Assembly (NCBI RefSeq): GCF_018350175.1
Contig: NC_058368.1
Span: 108,688,001 to 108,752,000 of the forward strand
Length of the DNA: 64,000 nucleotides
Reading direction: 5' to 3'
Source: Felis catus
Lineage: Eukaryota
In this document: positions 63,961 to 64,000 of the stretch, in pieces
Layout of the letters: each line of letters starts with the position of its first letter
How positions within the stretch are numbered: the first letter of the stretch is position 1
Translations under genes and position numbers: made by a program
Notes under the pieces: generated by a model
What the model saw: the letters and a program-made list of their open reading frames with translations, nothing else
Told to the model about the DNA's origin: nothing
Database searches by the model: none

Positions 63961-64000
63961 TCAGGGCTCCTGTATACCAAATGCCATACTGGTAATGACT

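Noticed and set aside
1..64000. CRISPR arrays, operons, defence systems, rRNA or true tRNA genes
   Set aside because: Mammalian intron-exon sequence; no regularly spaced repeats; tRNA-like A/B boxes belong to SINE heads

Overview
Mammalian genomic DNA, almost certainly from a felid (about 20 tRNA-derived Can-SINEs of the SINEC_Fc type, plus carnivore-type L1 3' ends). Two spliced genes lie in tandem on the minus strand. ACSL6 (long-chain acyl-CoA synthetase 6) has 20 mapped coding exons from 63068 to the stop at 22868, including the two mutually exclusive 78-nt F-gate and Y-gate exons; its 5'-most exons lie beyond the right edge and its 3'UTR runs to about 19.3 kb. MEIKIN (meiosis-specific kinetochore protein) has a CpG-island promoter at about 15.1-15.9 kb and six coding exons (15443 to 2123), continuing off the left edge. 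Every called exon has AG/GT boundaries and compatible phases. The rest is L1, L2, MIR, MLT, Tigger and SINE repeats. No prokaryote-type system is present and I cannot support a wholly new biological system. The best leads are a tailless U2 snRNA retrocopy with an 18-bp TSD, a 25-bp perfect fold-back inversion in an L1, a pre-miRNA-like hairpin in the last ACSL6 intron, and a candidate unannotated ATG-bearing or poison exon upstream of the gate exons. Protein and repeat identities come from recall of known sequences, not from a database search.
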